From Oikopleura dioica (taxonomy: Eukaryota; Animalia; Chordata): a DNA stretch of 64,000 bases. The notes below the pieces were generated by a model. It saw only the letters and a program-made list of their open reading frames with translations, did no database searches and was not told the origin of the DNA. Shown here piece after piece: positions 49,516 to 62,200 of the stretch (the stretch's first letter is position 1; each line of letters begins with the position of its first letter). The DNA is taken from positions 3,286,001-3,350,000 of the forward strand of contig OU015569.1 in assembly GCA_907165135.1 (NCBI GenBank), given 5' to 3'. Both the position numbers and the translations under genes were made by a program.

Positions 49516-52500
49516 ATGGATGAATTCGAGCGAATCAAAGACCTTGGGAAAGGAAGCTTTGGCTGCGCCATACTTGTACGCCGGAAATCAGGTAAATCCT
49601 TTGGGAAACTTTTCAAATGCACCAAAGGTATTCGTCTTTTGTTGAAGGACGAGCGTCTAAATGTATACTGTATACAGCTCAAAGTTCGAAACTGTCCTGC
49701 CTTCTTATATTAAATTCTAGACAACAAGCAGCTTGTCGCCAAAGAAATCAATTTGGCTCATCTGTCAAACAAGGCTATCGACGAAGCACGGAAAGAAGCG
49801 ACATTTTTAAAAGAGCTTACCCACCCGAATATAGTGCGATATGAGGGTTGCTTCGAGCGCAACAACCGGCTCAACATATTGATGGAGTTCTGCGAAGGCG
49901 GTGATCTGGCGCAGAAAATTAAGAAGCAGAATGGGGTGCTTTTTGACGAGCCGCAAGTGCTCGACTGGTTCGTGCAAGTCTCACTCGCTGTCAGATACTG
50001 CCACGAAAAGAAAATTCTACACCGAGACATCAAAACCTCAAACATATTTCTTCATCGCTATGGAAGACAGGTTAGATAAATTGTATCCAAAAAGGAACCT
50101 GGGAATCTTTTTTCGGGCGTCATAACTGCTAGCCGTCTGATGATCTTTAGTCTAATCCACAAGAAAATGCCAACTGGCATTAGCATTGCTAATCGTGCTC
50201 ATGTGATTTGCCTGAGAAAATATTCGTATCTTTCCACTCATGCAAATCTTGGTATCAGATCGTATACATGGCCTATGCGATAGCGATTAAGTTAACTCGT
50301 CCAAACAGAGACCTAAGTTCTTTATTACGGAATGCACGCTTGAGCGCGAGATCTTTATATCTTGCGATTAAAATAGCAAGAAATGGACATAATTCTATGC
50401 AAACTACTTTCACTAAAATTCAGAAAGCAACGTTTATTCTCGTATATAACTCGTGCATCTTGGGCTGAGGGTTTTTGGGGCTGATTTTGCGTGAAAAGGC
50501 TTCATGTTTCACGTTAGCTGTGAAATCGGGACCATGTTCCTGATGGGCATAATCACATTTACTGAATCATTCGAATGGCGCTCGCCCGATTTTTACCTGC
50601 ATCTAGAGTTTTGCATCGATAAGAGAGTGAGAAGATGAGAGTTTTAGATCTTCTAGTCGCCTGGAAGACTGGAGAATCCATTGATGTCCCAGGATGGTAG
50701 AATGTAGACTTTACATTGTAGAGAATATTCAATTGAAAAATAATCCTGGTACACGGTCAGTGCACTCAATTCAACTTCGTATATCGATAAGATGGATAAT
50801 TACATCTCCCATCCTTCAACAAAGATCCTTATGATTATATAAGCGTCCCGGACGCTCTTGCCGATGAATCTTATCAAGATTTGATTTTCACCGACGAAAA
50901 TATCGAATTAGAATCAAATGCACCAAGTTACACGAGATTCTCGTCTGGTCTCTCGATATCGGGATCACTGGAATCTGAGCTTTTTCGAAAAAAGTGGCTC
51001 GTTTACGGGGAGTATGCCGGTGGATTTGCTAATTTCAACAGAAGGGAGGAGATCGACCACGAAGATGACGAAGTTGACGAAGAAATAAAGAGAAAAAAGT
51101 CAAGAGGCAAGTTTGATAAGAACCGAGGTGATGGCTGGGGACACATCGGAAAAGGCTCATCAGCACAATCAGACAAGGATCAGAAATTTAACTACTATTC
51201 TGGGATTATGAAAGATTTCTGGACCTCTTGAGTGAGCAGGAGTCGTCGAATTCAATAAGTACAAAATGATAAAATCGATGGTGATGTACTTGCAAAACCA
51301 AAACAGACAGTTTGGCAAATTTGTTGGGTATGGTTGCTGGTGTCTTGCAGGTGCCGATATGTATCTTGGTGAGCCGTCAGGCGAACCCGTCGATGCTATC
51401 GATAAAGCGTGTAGAGACTATCATCACTGCAATAGATGCTTGAAAATTGACCATCCAAGTGAAGAAAATGAACTTTCATGCAACATGTTTCGCGGTTATA
51501 GATTTCTCGGAAAACAGTTCTGGGCTGCTCTTTTTTATTGACGGCGCTATTTTCAATCAACTAGTGTCTGTAGGTTGTTATCGTCTCAGAGTTAGCCTTA
51601 AAAGTCCCGTTTCGGTGATCGTTCAATCGTTTGCGGAAATGTGCACGGTTCATGTCAGAAAACTGCGTGTGATTGCGACGTTCAACTTGCAGAGCAACTT
51701 GCTCTATTAGAGGACACATGGGACATAAATCACCACACGGCATGGGGCAGTTTTGATCGCCGGCAATGTGCTCAGCGAGTCAAGACAAGTTTCCTCATTT
51801 ATGTTTTCGAGTTCTCATGAATATATTTGTATATTCAAAATCAAATCATTTTTCTCAATCTCTTTCCCTATCGTCTACTCATCCATGAAAATAATTATTG
51901 ATAGATAAGCCTCCATCGATATTTTCAATTAATAATTAAGTTCTTATTTGCGTAAATTTAGAAAACCTCCTATTTTCCATAATGAAACTTATTCTAAGAC
52001 CTTGATGCCGAAAGGTGACCAGTGTTGTGGCAAGGCGCCTCATCGATTCCCTTTCTACTCCGCAGATGGAGGCAAAGCGTGTTGCTCAGGAAAAGTGTTC
52101 AAAACCGCCGATGCCTGCTGCAAGAACGACACCATCATCAGAGGTGGCACTTGTGAAGAGGATGAAGAACTTCCTGAAGTTGTCATCAATCGACCTGTTA
52201 AACGGCCAGGATTGAATTGATTTTACTTGTTGAATTTTTGAATAAAGTACTTACTCGAGCGTAGTTCCTTGTTTGTTTCACTTTTTCAAGGAAAATGTAT
52301 ATGACTAACGTTTGAGCAGGCGCTGGCAGGTGGATAATCACATCAATAGTTATCATTATTCTTATGTTGTCTCTTCAGGTTAAACTCGGAGATTTTGGAA
52401 TTGCACGAGCTCTGGACAGTACGACTGATATGGCGAGAACTCTCATCGGGACTCCTTTTTATATTAGTCCTGAGATATGCGAGGGGAAGCCCTACAATTC

Positions 52501-55500
52501 TCGCTCTGATGTATGGAGTCTCGGATGCGTTTTATACGAGATGTGCACACTCAGACATCCTTTCGAAGCTGCCAATATGCGAGGACTAGGTAGGACATGT
52601 GCACGAAACTTTACATAGACTAAGTCTATCAGATAGACTCTATCTCTAATAGCAGCAATCTTATACAATATCCACTCTACCGTAGAGACAGATCATTATT
52701 TTGTATGTTTTTAATTATTGGATATATTTTGGATCAAATTCAGAAGCTTATTGAGACTGTCTACAAAGGGGTAAAGGGATGTGCCTGAGAATATTTCTGA
52801 ACCAGGATGGGTTCTCAGAAAGCAAAAAAGGTCTTAATTTGGAATTATACGAAGTTATTATTATTATTTATAAATCTATGGGCTTTCCAAAGAGCGCTTT
52901 CTTGTGTCTCATTGTCTGTCGTTTTCTAACCTCTCGTTGCGCAAGCAATTTTTGCTTTATTGCAAAATTAGATTCCTGGTTTGATAAATTCTTCGTAGTA
53001 GTTTATTATTAAAAGTAGTTTTCTTCGTAAGAACTTTCATTTTATTTCAATCTTATTAGAAAGTTAAAGAAATAAATGGAATTTATAATTTTATCGTTAG
53101 ATTTGAAAGAACAGACGTCTTGTTTGCTAAGACGGCTATTTGCTTCGATAGAAAAACAATATATATTGAGGGTGCTCGTTCTTACCGTATAACATTCTAG
53201 CCGCAAAGATAATGCGAGCAGAATATGCGAAGCTCAGTCCGAGGTATTCACAATATGTGAGAAGCTTGGTCGCCGAGTGTTTCAAGAGAGATCCGACCAA
53301 GCGACCTAGCGTCAATGCCATTCTAAGAAGACCCAAAATGAATAACATTGCCCTTCAGTATGAACCTACTCTCAATCTAAAGCCAGCTCCAAGGTAAGTT
53401 AGTGTCGAAAACTTTCGCTTATTCGTGTTACAGTGCCAGATCCGTGATGGCAGATAAGCAGAAACGATCGAGAAGCCCCGATCGTGCTCCAGAAAGGCGA
53501 ATAGCATCGTCTGCGGTGAGCAAAGAAAAAGACAAAAACAAATCCAAAAGTAATGCTCATTTTCTTTCAAAACTCTAACAAGCTGGTAGTGTATACGGAA
53601 ATCAGAAAGTAATAATTCCGAAGAAAACGAACATTCAGTTGAGTAGAGAAAAGCGCGCCCAGAAAGCACGAGAGGCTGAAAGACAGAAGATTATCAGCGG
53701 GATTCACGCATCAGTTGCTTCCAGTCGCGCATCCAGGAAAGGGTCCGTCACACTTTGCTGAATATCTAGGAACATGTAGTCTACGAGTCAAAGATCTTGC
53801 GGAACCTTGCTAGTGCTGTGTCGAGGTCTTCTGCGGCAGCGATGCAAGCTCCGCCACCAGGCCCAAGTGTCGAGGAAATCTGGTCGCAGCGCCACAATGA
53901 AATTCTGAAAGACTATTACGCGAACAAAGAAGCTGCAAGAAGGAATAAAGTTCTTCAACGAGGCGGCGTGCTGCCCGAACCTAGAATTCCAAAAGCATTT
54001 GACCCAGATCATCAGGAGGCGTCAAAAGAAAATGAAGAAAACTCCTCCAGAAATAACAGTCTCAGTGAGCGTTCGATCAATTCTGGTGAGCTAGAAGTTC
54101 TTTTGCTGTCTTTTTTATTCAGAAATTAAGAGTCTCCCTCCGCTCAAGAGAGAACCCGTGCGCTTGAGAAAAAGAAATCTGCACTGCAGCGGCTAAATGA
54201 GCGCAAATCTGAAGCTCTTGAAACATCGATGAAGAAGCCAGATGAAGGCGGAGATCGAGCTGTCGCGCCACTTCATTTATCTTTGGATCGCACATCCTCC
54301 GATGCCTCTTCTGGAAAGGATCTAAATACGTCACTTTATATATAATATAAAATTATAAATATAATATAATATAATGTATATCAGAAATACCATATCTTTT
54401 ATCTTTTTTTTTTATGAAACAAACGAGTTGATAAACTCAGTACTAGATTAATTTATGTAAAAGCGCATTAAATCCTTAAAAACAGAATCAGAGCAGCCTT
54501 CAGCGCGTAAACAGTGGGATGCACCTTCAAAAACAATCGTCAACAACTTTCAAGAAATGAAAATCGACATTGGTTCCATCAAAAGCTCAAACTTTGGAGA
54601 GACAATAACAATTTCATCGTCTGTTGGCAATGCAACCGAAAACGTAAAAACAGGATTATCTAGCTGACAAGTTAATGTTTCTAGGACAAAGACTTGGTCC
54701 CAGCAGAAACGAGGGAAAAGTCAACGAAGACAGGGGATAATAAAACGTCCAGTTTAACAGAGAATGACAAAGAAGATGTAAGCGTCCCAAAAGAGCCGGT
54801 TCATCAGCCAATTATCAAGGAACGAGTTGCAAAATTTCATGAAAAACTTCACAAAAAATCAAATTTAAAAAAAAATCATCTCTGTAAAGGCAAAGCCTGC
54901 GCTTATTAAAAAGTATAGTTTCACGAGTCTAGAGAAGACTCATGAGTCGGTCGTGATCCCAAAAGAAAATATAACCCGACCACCTTCAAAAGTAGAGAAA
55001 AGCTCCGTTCTCCGCAATTTGGCAGCGAAGTTCGACCCGCATCGAAAAGATGCCCCTGCAGAATCCAGTGAATCAGAAAAATCTTTCGAAAAAGCAGTCG
55101 ATAACCAAGAGATTCATTTCAAAACTCCACCCGTTCCAGAATCTTCAGTTCAAATCGATCACAAAGGAGGTAAGTTAATGGATTCTCTTAGTGCCGCAGC
55201 ATCGAAGGTACTTCGAGTGCATCTTTGATTTCTCCAACGGCCGTTTTTAGATTGAGTCAATCACATCCCACAGATATAATCAAGATAACACTTTTATGTG
55301 CCGTATGTTTGAGCCCACCGTAGAGTTTATGAATATTTATCATTTTTACTTTGATACAGAATCCGTACTTATCTCTCTCGTCTTGTACCTGATCTACAAG
55401 TATACGTCTTAACTAAACACACTTCTGAATATGAGAATCAGTCATAAAAGTTAGGTGGGTTCATATTTTATGAAATAATAGCGGCAATTGTTTTTAATCA

Positions 55501-57158
55501 GCGCATCTGCGCACTACGCACTTCTCATCGATAATAATTAAAACCTTTTCTTTTTTAAATTTTCGTAGATATTGGAAGCCTTCATGATGAAAGCCTGGAC
55601 GATATTCAAATTCGATCGACAGCAATCGACGATGCTACAATCAAGAGCTTATCAACGACGACTTTAAAGACTATAAACAGTGCTCGGTCAAGTCCCATTC
55701 CAATAAAGATGAGTCTTAGTCCATCTGGCGTGGGTCCCTTCAAAGTCATTCCAAAGAAATCTATTGGATCCGCTCCTAGTCCATCTCCAGTTGTCGTGAA
55801 GCCTTCTCTTCCTCACTCGAGGTACGAACAAGTTCTTGGTTGTAGCGAAACAAACGTCCCTTTCTAGCTTAAAGAGTTCAAAATCCAGCGCATCTCCAGG
55901 CCGCTTGCCAAGCCCTGAGCCTTCCACTTTCACACCACGTAATGCCGAAAAGGAAAAACAATCAAGTTCAACAGTGCCTCCACCTATCTCGAATAACTTA
56001 CGAATATCGCAGTCTCTCCCTGACCTTTCAAAAGCCGACGCCGAATCAGTTCCTTTGCCACAAAATGAAAGGAACGCCTTTTCAAAAATCAGACTGACAA
56101 AAATAATTACAAAAAGAAAAAATATTTTAAAGGCTTTTTAAAGTATAACACTAGTACGCCCTGTTAAAGTTCGGTCCCGTAGCCCTTCATTAGTACGAGT
56201 AGAAAAATCTAAAAACCAGGCTCCAACTTCGAGCTCGCCCCCGAAGATCATGCAACCAGTTTTGACTAAAACGGCTCAAACGTCGAATAACCAAACAGAC
56301 GAATCATCCTTGGAGTTATCCGCTATTTCTCGTTCGTCGAAGGTATTGATTGAAACTCAATTTGAATATTTTTTAACAATTTCCAAAAAAGGACTCGTCG
56401 GTAAAGGAATCTTCAAAAGAAGATATCGGATCCGTCTTCACGCCGATCGGAAATCGTCTCCAGGATCTGGAAAATACCAATTCCGATGAGCAAGTCATGG
56501 CGAATATGCAGAGCCTGATTGACGTCCAAGAGTCGATAAATGTCGACGATATTGAGAACGAGTCGGAAAAAGTTGGCTCATTTTACTTTCCGGACCTAAC
56601 CGTTTATTAGGAAAACTCACCAAACTCAACTCAGACAACAGATGAAACAGGCGATGACGATCTTTGGGAGTCTTCGACACACAACTCTTCGAAAACAAAG
56701 AAGACTCTCAATCCATTTGACGATCTGGAAGTAAAGCGTATGAACCTAGAACAGGAACTTGGAATCAAGTAAGAAAACTTCAGAAAAACATATTTAAGTA
56801 CTTTTAGGCTCATGGTTGACGCATATAAGATTCTCAGTCAAAGTTTGGACGACACTTCTATTTCTACAATGGTTCAAAATCAGATGAAGACCTTACTTGG
56901 TAAGATCCTTTTCCGTCGTATTCTCTTGGTCAGACTCTTGGTTCAGCTCTTTATTTGAGTCAGTATATTTTTTAATCTCGATGAAAACGAGGTAACCATC
57001 CTTGATTTCGATGATTTGTCTCGGAATTTGAATAATTTGTAGCCTTTGAAAATATTTATTAATATTCCTTTTCAGCGGAAAAGTATGAGTCTTTCTTTCC
57101 CCGAATAATGCAGCTGGTCGTCCAAGATTCTATAACTTACGATCGAAACTGTATTTAA
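49516..57158 (+). CDS. NEK1: NIMA-related kinase, NEK1-like
   Basis: [63 protein letters not shown]-terminal [13 protein letters not shown]...IMQLV resembles the NEK1 tail. Confidence 0.88.
50635..52220 (+). CDS. Secreted phospholipase A2-like Cys-rich protein nested on the same strand in NEK intron 50071-52378
   Basis: YGCWC...[20 protein letters not shown] and CDCDVQLA are sPLA2-fold motifs, followed by a Cys-rich tail [11 protein letters not shown]...CC. The 5' exons are less certain. Confidence 0.75.
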
Positions 57159-57619
57159 ATTTATCAGCAAAAAACAAGGAGACACATTCCCGGAAGAATC
57201 CGTCTATTACGAGCCCAAGCAAAAACTTTTTAAATTCCATTTGTTTCTTTCAATTTCATTCGAATATGCTAAAAACTCTGCCGAACTTTTTCAATAAAGG
57301 AAACTGTTATTTTATACTTCAAAAGTCCCTATTTTTGTATCAAACTAAAAATAAATTACTTGCACTTATTAATAACATGCGCGTTGAGAAGTTATACTAT
57401 TGAAGCTAGCTTCTCATACGCTGTGTTGAGAAAATGTTGGCAGTTAATTCTTTCGGCAAAGATGCAGAAAATAAAGAGCATTCTTAAAAAGACTAAAAGG
57501 TGAACCTTCAATCATGGGGCGCCAGTGGGTACGCCCTCCTCATCTGACGGCGCTATAGTTAACGACATAAAAGACAGAAGGTCTTAGGCAGTCCAAAGTA
57601 AATTGTCGAGGAAAAAGGC

Positions 57620-58605
57620 ATGTTTCTGTCTCGATTTAGCATTTCCTTCCTACTCCTGCTACTAAGGAGCACAGATGCAAGTTATAAGCTGCACTTCGAC
57701 CCGCAAAGTGACAGTTCCGCGAATTTGGACCGCGCTCTCGGCGCCGCCATACAGAGTCGTTTTGATATCGAGTTTAAGAAGGCATCGGAAGAAGCTCTGC
57801 TGAAGTCGTCAATTGAAAAATCGTCAGGACTTTCTCGAGGCGGGCGCCAATTTTACTCAAGTCACGAGCCCCTCTGTAAGTTTGAGCAGGCTTACATGGA
57901 CTGGAACAGGTTCATAGAAGAGAAACTCTGCCCCATGTTGAATATGGAAGAGAGTAGAAAGTTCTGCGATAAAAGGAGTAACTGCTTTGTCAAATTCGAC
58001 TGCTACGGAAACGGATCATCAAGTAAGAGTTCTCTAGTCGTTCCAACAGCTAGCATTATTAAGTCGGAGCAGTTCCGGTGAAAAATTGTGTGCGAAACGA
58101 GTTTGTTCATCCGTCGAACACTTGCGACAAAAGTCGCCTAGATTCAGGTACTGGTTATTATCTCGACGAAAAAAAATAACGAAGTTTCAGCGCAATTTTG
58201 TCATAATACGGATCCGATGTTGCACTCCTTTGCTTTTACCAACCATTGCCCTGTGTCACATGTACCCAAGGGATACGAACAAGCACGCAAGCAAGAATGC
58301 TGCGAACGAAAACGTCACCAAACTCCCGAAAAAACTGTGAGATGTTACGTTGCCGATTTCAGTTCAATCGAGGAGTACGAATTGTAAGTAAAATAATTTA
58401 ATCGTAATATATAGGAATTTACATATATGTAAAATATGATTAATTATCGACTGAGCCTTAATTCTTTTAACCTCTTATGGAAAGTAACTTTACGATTAGA
58501 TATATACGAATCCATACGAAGGGCGTGCTCACACCGGACCGAAATCGAAAATACCGACACATGATCAAATACAGATTGCCAGAAAAGTGTTGCGCTTATC
58601 TGTGA
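57620..58605 (+). CDS. Secreted Cys-rich hypothetical protein
   Basis: Signal peptide MFLSRFSISFLLLLLRSTDA; spliced exons with many Cys, ending YRLPEKCCAYL*. Confidence 0.65.
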
Positions 58606-59213
58606 ATCGAGAACTCTCTTATGAATATTTTGCAAGTGATATCTGTGTGCTCTGCTCCCTAACAAGGTTATCTATTGTAACTACTCGTTATTAACGAGCT
58701 TCAAATATTTCGATAAGAGGGGCGAAATTCTCCCGCTATCAAGAGCGCTTTTAATTAAATCATTTCAGTTCTTAAACCCAAGTAATGTCGCAAAAACTTC
58801 GATAGCTCTCGAATTCCCCCTTCAATGTGATATTCTATATATCTGACCCTTGGCGATATCGAGACGCTTTTCATCAACAACATATGTAAAATTATATCGA
58901 TCAATTTAATACCAAGTATAATTTCCATCGTTTCATCTCCTTTCGTGATTTAGGAGGGTCTGTAAGTCTGTTAAGCCTACAAGCCCTCTCTCCTGAGCAT
59001 TTTTACTGCCTTTTATTATTGTATATTCATTTAAATAAAACCAAAAATGCGTACTTCTTTCATTTCGATTATCTACAACAGTAAGCAAAATTTGAACTGT
59101 ATTTAACTTTTTACAGATAGTAGAAAAATGTAGTGTAGCATCAATAGCTAGCCAGGGCCGGAGACTTTGATTAGGAAAAATAATCTTCTCATGCAATACC
59201 ATCTTTTAAAAAC

Positions 59214-62200
59214 TCAAACGAAAGCAGGAGGAGAATTGGGGCGCATGTCCAACTCGGGATCGGTTCCAGATAAAAGCGAGTCGCCAGCTACGAAAAGAGG
59301 TTACGTTTTATAGATTCTGCGAAACGAACTGCTGAGAATATTTTAGTTAAAAAGCTATTGACCAGTTGAAAGTTTCATTTCTTATTCATTTCAATTTGTC
59401 GCGCAGCGATAACTTACTGAATGAATATTCTCAGTAGTCGCTGTCAATAGTAATAACAGTTGTCAATAGGTCGTGCATTAGAATACTACTTCTTAACTAG
59501 TCATACCAGGGTTTGAAAAGTCTGAGCATGAGCATGCTCAGAGCACTGAGCATGAGCACTGAGCATGCTCAGCGTGCTCAAGCTCAACAAAAATTCCAGC
59601 GTGTCGTGCTCAGCCGTGCTCAAGCTCAATAAAATCTGAGCATTCGCGTGCTCAGCCGTGCTCAAGCTCAATCAAATCTGAGCATTCGCGTGCTCAGCCG
59701 TGCTCATGCTCAGTCAAAATTTGTGACTTTTCAAACCCTGAGTCATACCGTTGAAACTGTTGTCAAGGTTATCTCTTCGCGAATTCCTAACCATACTTGC
59801 TTGTCTTTCATTAATTTCCTTTGCAATGTTTTAAGTCATTTTTAAATAATTGATCTCTCATTAATCTAAAAAAATCTGGAAAATAATAAACAAAAAAATC
59901 ATAAACATGTTCCTGGGTGGTCGCAAAGGACATAGAATTTACAACATCATATCTTTTCAAAAAGCTCACTCGTCTTTCATTGACGGTGATATCTGTTATG
60001 TTACTGATGGGCGATTGAGATCGCTCGTTCAGATCGTTTTTCGCATCTTCTTGGATCTTCGGAACATTTTTCATGATAGCAGACCAATCCACTACAAATC
60101 GTTTTTTAGAATGCTTTACGATTTGCTATATTCTGTATTTGAAATGTATACTGTAACTAAACTCGTATTGAGTTTAGTTAAAATTGGCTGATATTTCATA
60201 AGGCTTTCGAAAATAGTAAATTTAAAGGGTCAATTAATACCTTTGCTCTCAGCGTTGGCGACACTACTATTGATTCCAGTGATTTCTGACATAGTCGATA
60301 TCGAGGCACGGCCCTTCTGATAAGATGAGTTGTAAATGCGCACCTCGTCGTATGTTGCGTTGATTTCGTCCACCTCTTTTTTGGACTAGAAATAAGCAGT
60401 AGAAAACGATACCGCTGAAATTTACAACCTTATCAAGGACGCCTCCAATAGTATCCGGATGGTCAACTTGTGCGTGGTCGACAACAACTTTATCGTCTTT
60501 ATCTTTTTTCATCAGGTTGAACATGTAATAGTACCAGTCGGGTTTATCGTACTGAATATCGTATGAAAACGCTTCCCATCATAAAATTTGGAAAATGAAA
60601 TCTTTCAAAATTTTCAAACCTTATAAACGTATTCAGTATCTTTAGTAGCTCCCGCTGCTCCCATACAAAGCCAGTAATAGCAACAACAGAGCAGTAAAAG
60701 AAGAAGTAATAACACTTAAAAGATATGTTAATACTTGAAATTAGTCTATAATGGTCCGAAGCATCACGCACATAAAAGAAGAATCCACCAAACACCACCT
60801 ATAGCAGCTGCGGCGCAGTCATTTTTAGGATAATATTCCCAGTCTTCGTTGTCATCACAATCACATGCCATAATTGAGTATTCATTCATTCCCCTGGGCT
60901 CAGGAGCACGACAGGCATCAGAAAATGAGTTTCCGCCATTGTCACTAACAGTGAATTTGATGCGTTCTCCGTAGCCAAGATTCTTTGAAAGAAATGGTCA
61001 GAGCGATGTAAGACTTAATAAGAACTTACATAATCGCCTCTATATGCAAGTAAGTAGACCCTAGAGTGGGAAGTTTCCTTGAATACAAAGTCGTCCTTGT
61101 TATCTTTGGTAGTTCCCTCGTCGATAATGGTGAAGGTAAAAGGCGCGCCATGACCGAGCGCGTCCTCATCCTTGTCTTCGACAATAGCGATAGCAACAAC
61201 GTTGAGTCCTTCGACCCCATCATTTATCTCGACGTTTTCGATTCCATGCTGGAGAAGAAAATCCTTTTCTCGGTTGGAAAGCACTTAATATAATTGACGT
61301 AGATTCAGCACGGCAAAATCAAAACCCAATTATTTAAATACTCGCTTCAAAATAATAGAGATTCTTATGTTTTCGCACCGTGCCTGATCGTCGAAAAATC
61401 TGCTCAAATCTCGGCAAACACCACTTTGTCCCGAAGAAAGGATAACTCTTGGCTGTTGATCGTTTATGTCCCTGAAAAATTGAGAGCAAGAATACTGTTT
61501 CTACTTACTTGCACAAAATTAAAACCTCCTCGTCAATGACTTCGTTCCTCTCAGTCGCAGTTATCAAGAGTCTGTAGTATCTAGCATCGCTATCGGGATT
61601 CTGTGGACGGCAATGTAATTCCCTGTCGATTGTCTTTTTGAGCACAACTTTTGCAACCTTGTTTGCGAAATCTGTCGACACTTCGAAGAACTCATCATCA
61701 GAAGAGTAAGCTTAACATATTCATTTCAAATCCAGAACATATACAAAATTTTATAAATCGAATGCGTCATACACTACGTATTAACATAACGTACCCCCTA
61801 GCTCGCTCACATTTTGTGAACATTTTTCCCTTGCTCGCTTAGTTAAATTTTATCAAAGTCCCCTTGCTCGCTCCCATTCTTGTTTCAGCGCGCTCCATTA
61901 GTCGCCATCCTTCTTTTTACCTCGCGCGCCCTTGTTCGCTCCTCCTCACCCATTTATCCCTTGTTCGCCGCGAGACCGCCAAAGCCTAGCTCGGCTTGGG
62001 TCGCTCTTACAGCTCTTACTGTACTTTCGACTCAAGCTTTTCATAGGGACTATATTTTCATTTTCATGAATATTTTGACAGTAACTAAACTTCATTTCCT
62101 CTTTTTAAAGCGTCCAGTTAAATTTTTATATCTTGTAGCAACGCTGTATTATGCCGTAAACTTGATAGTGTGACTTTATATGTACATTTTTACTCAAAAT

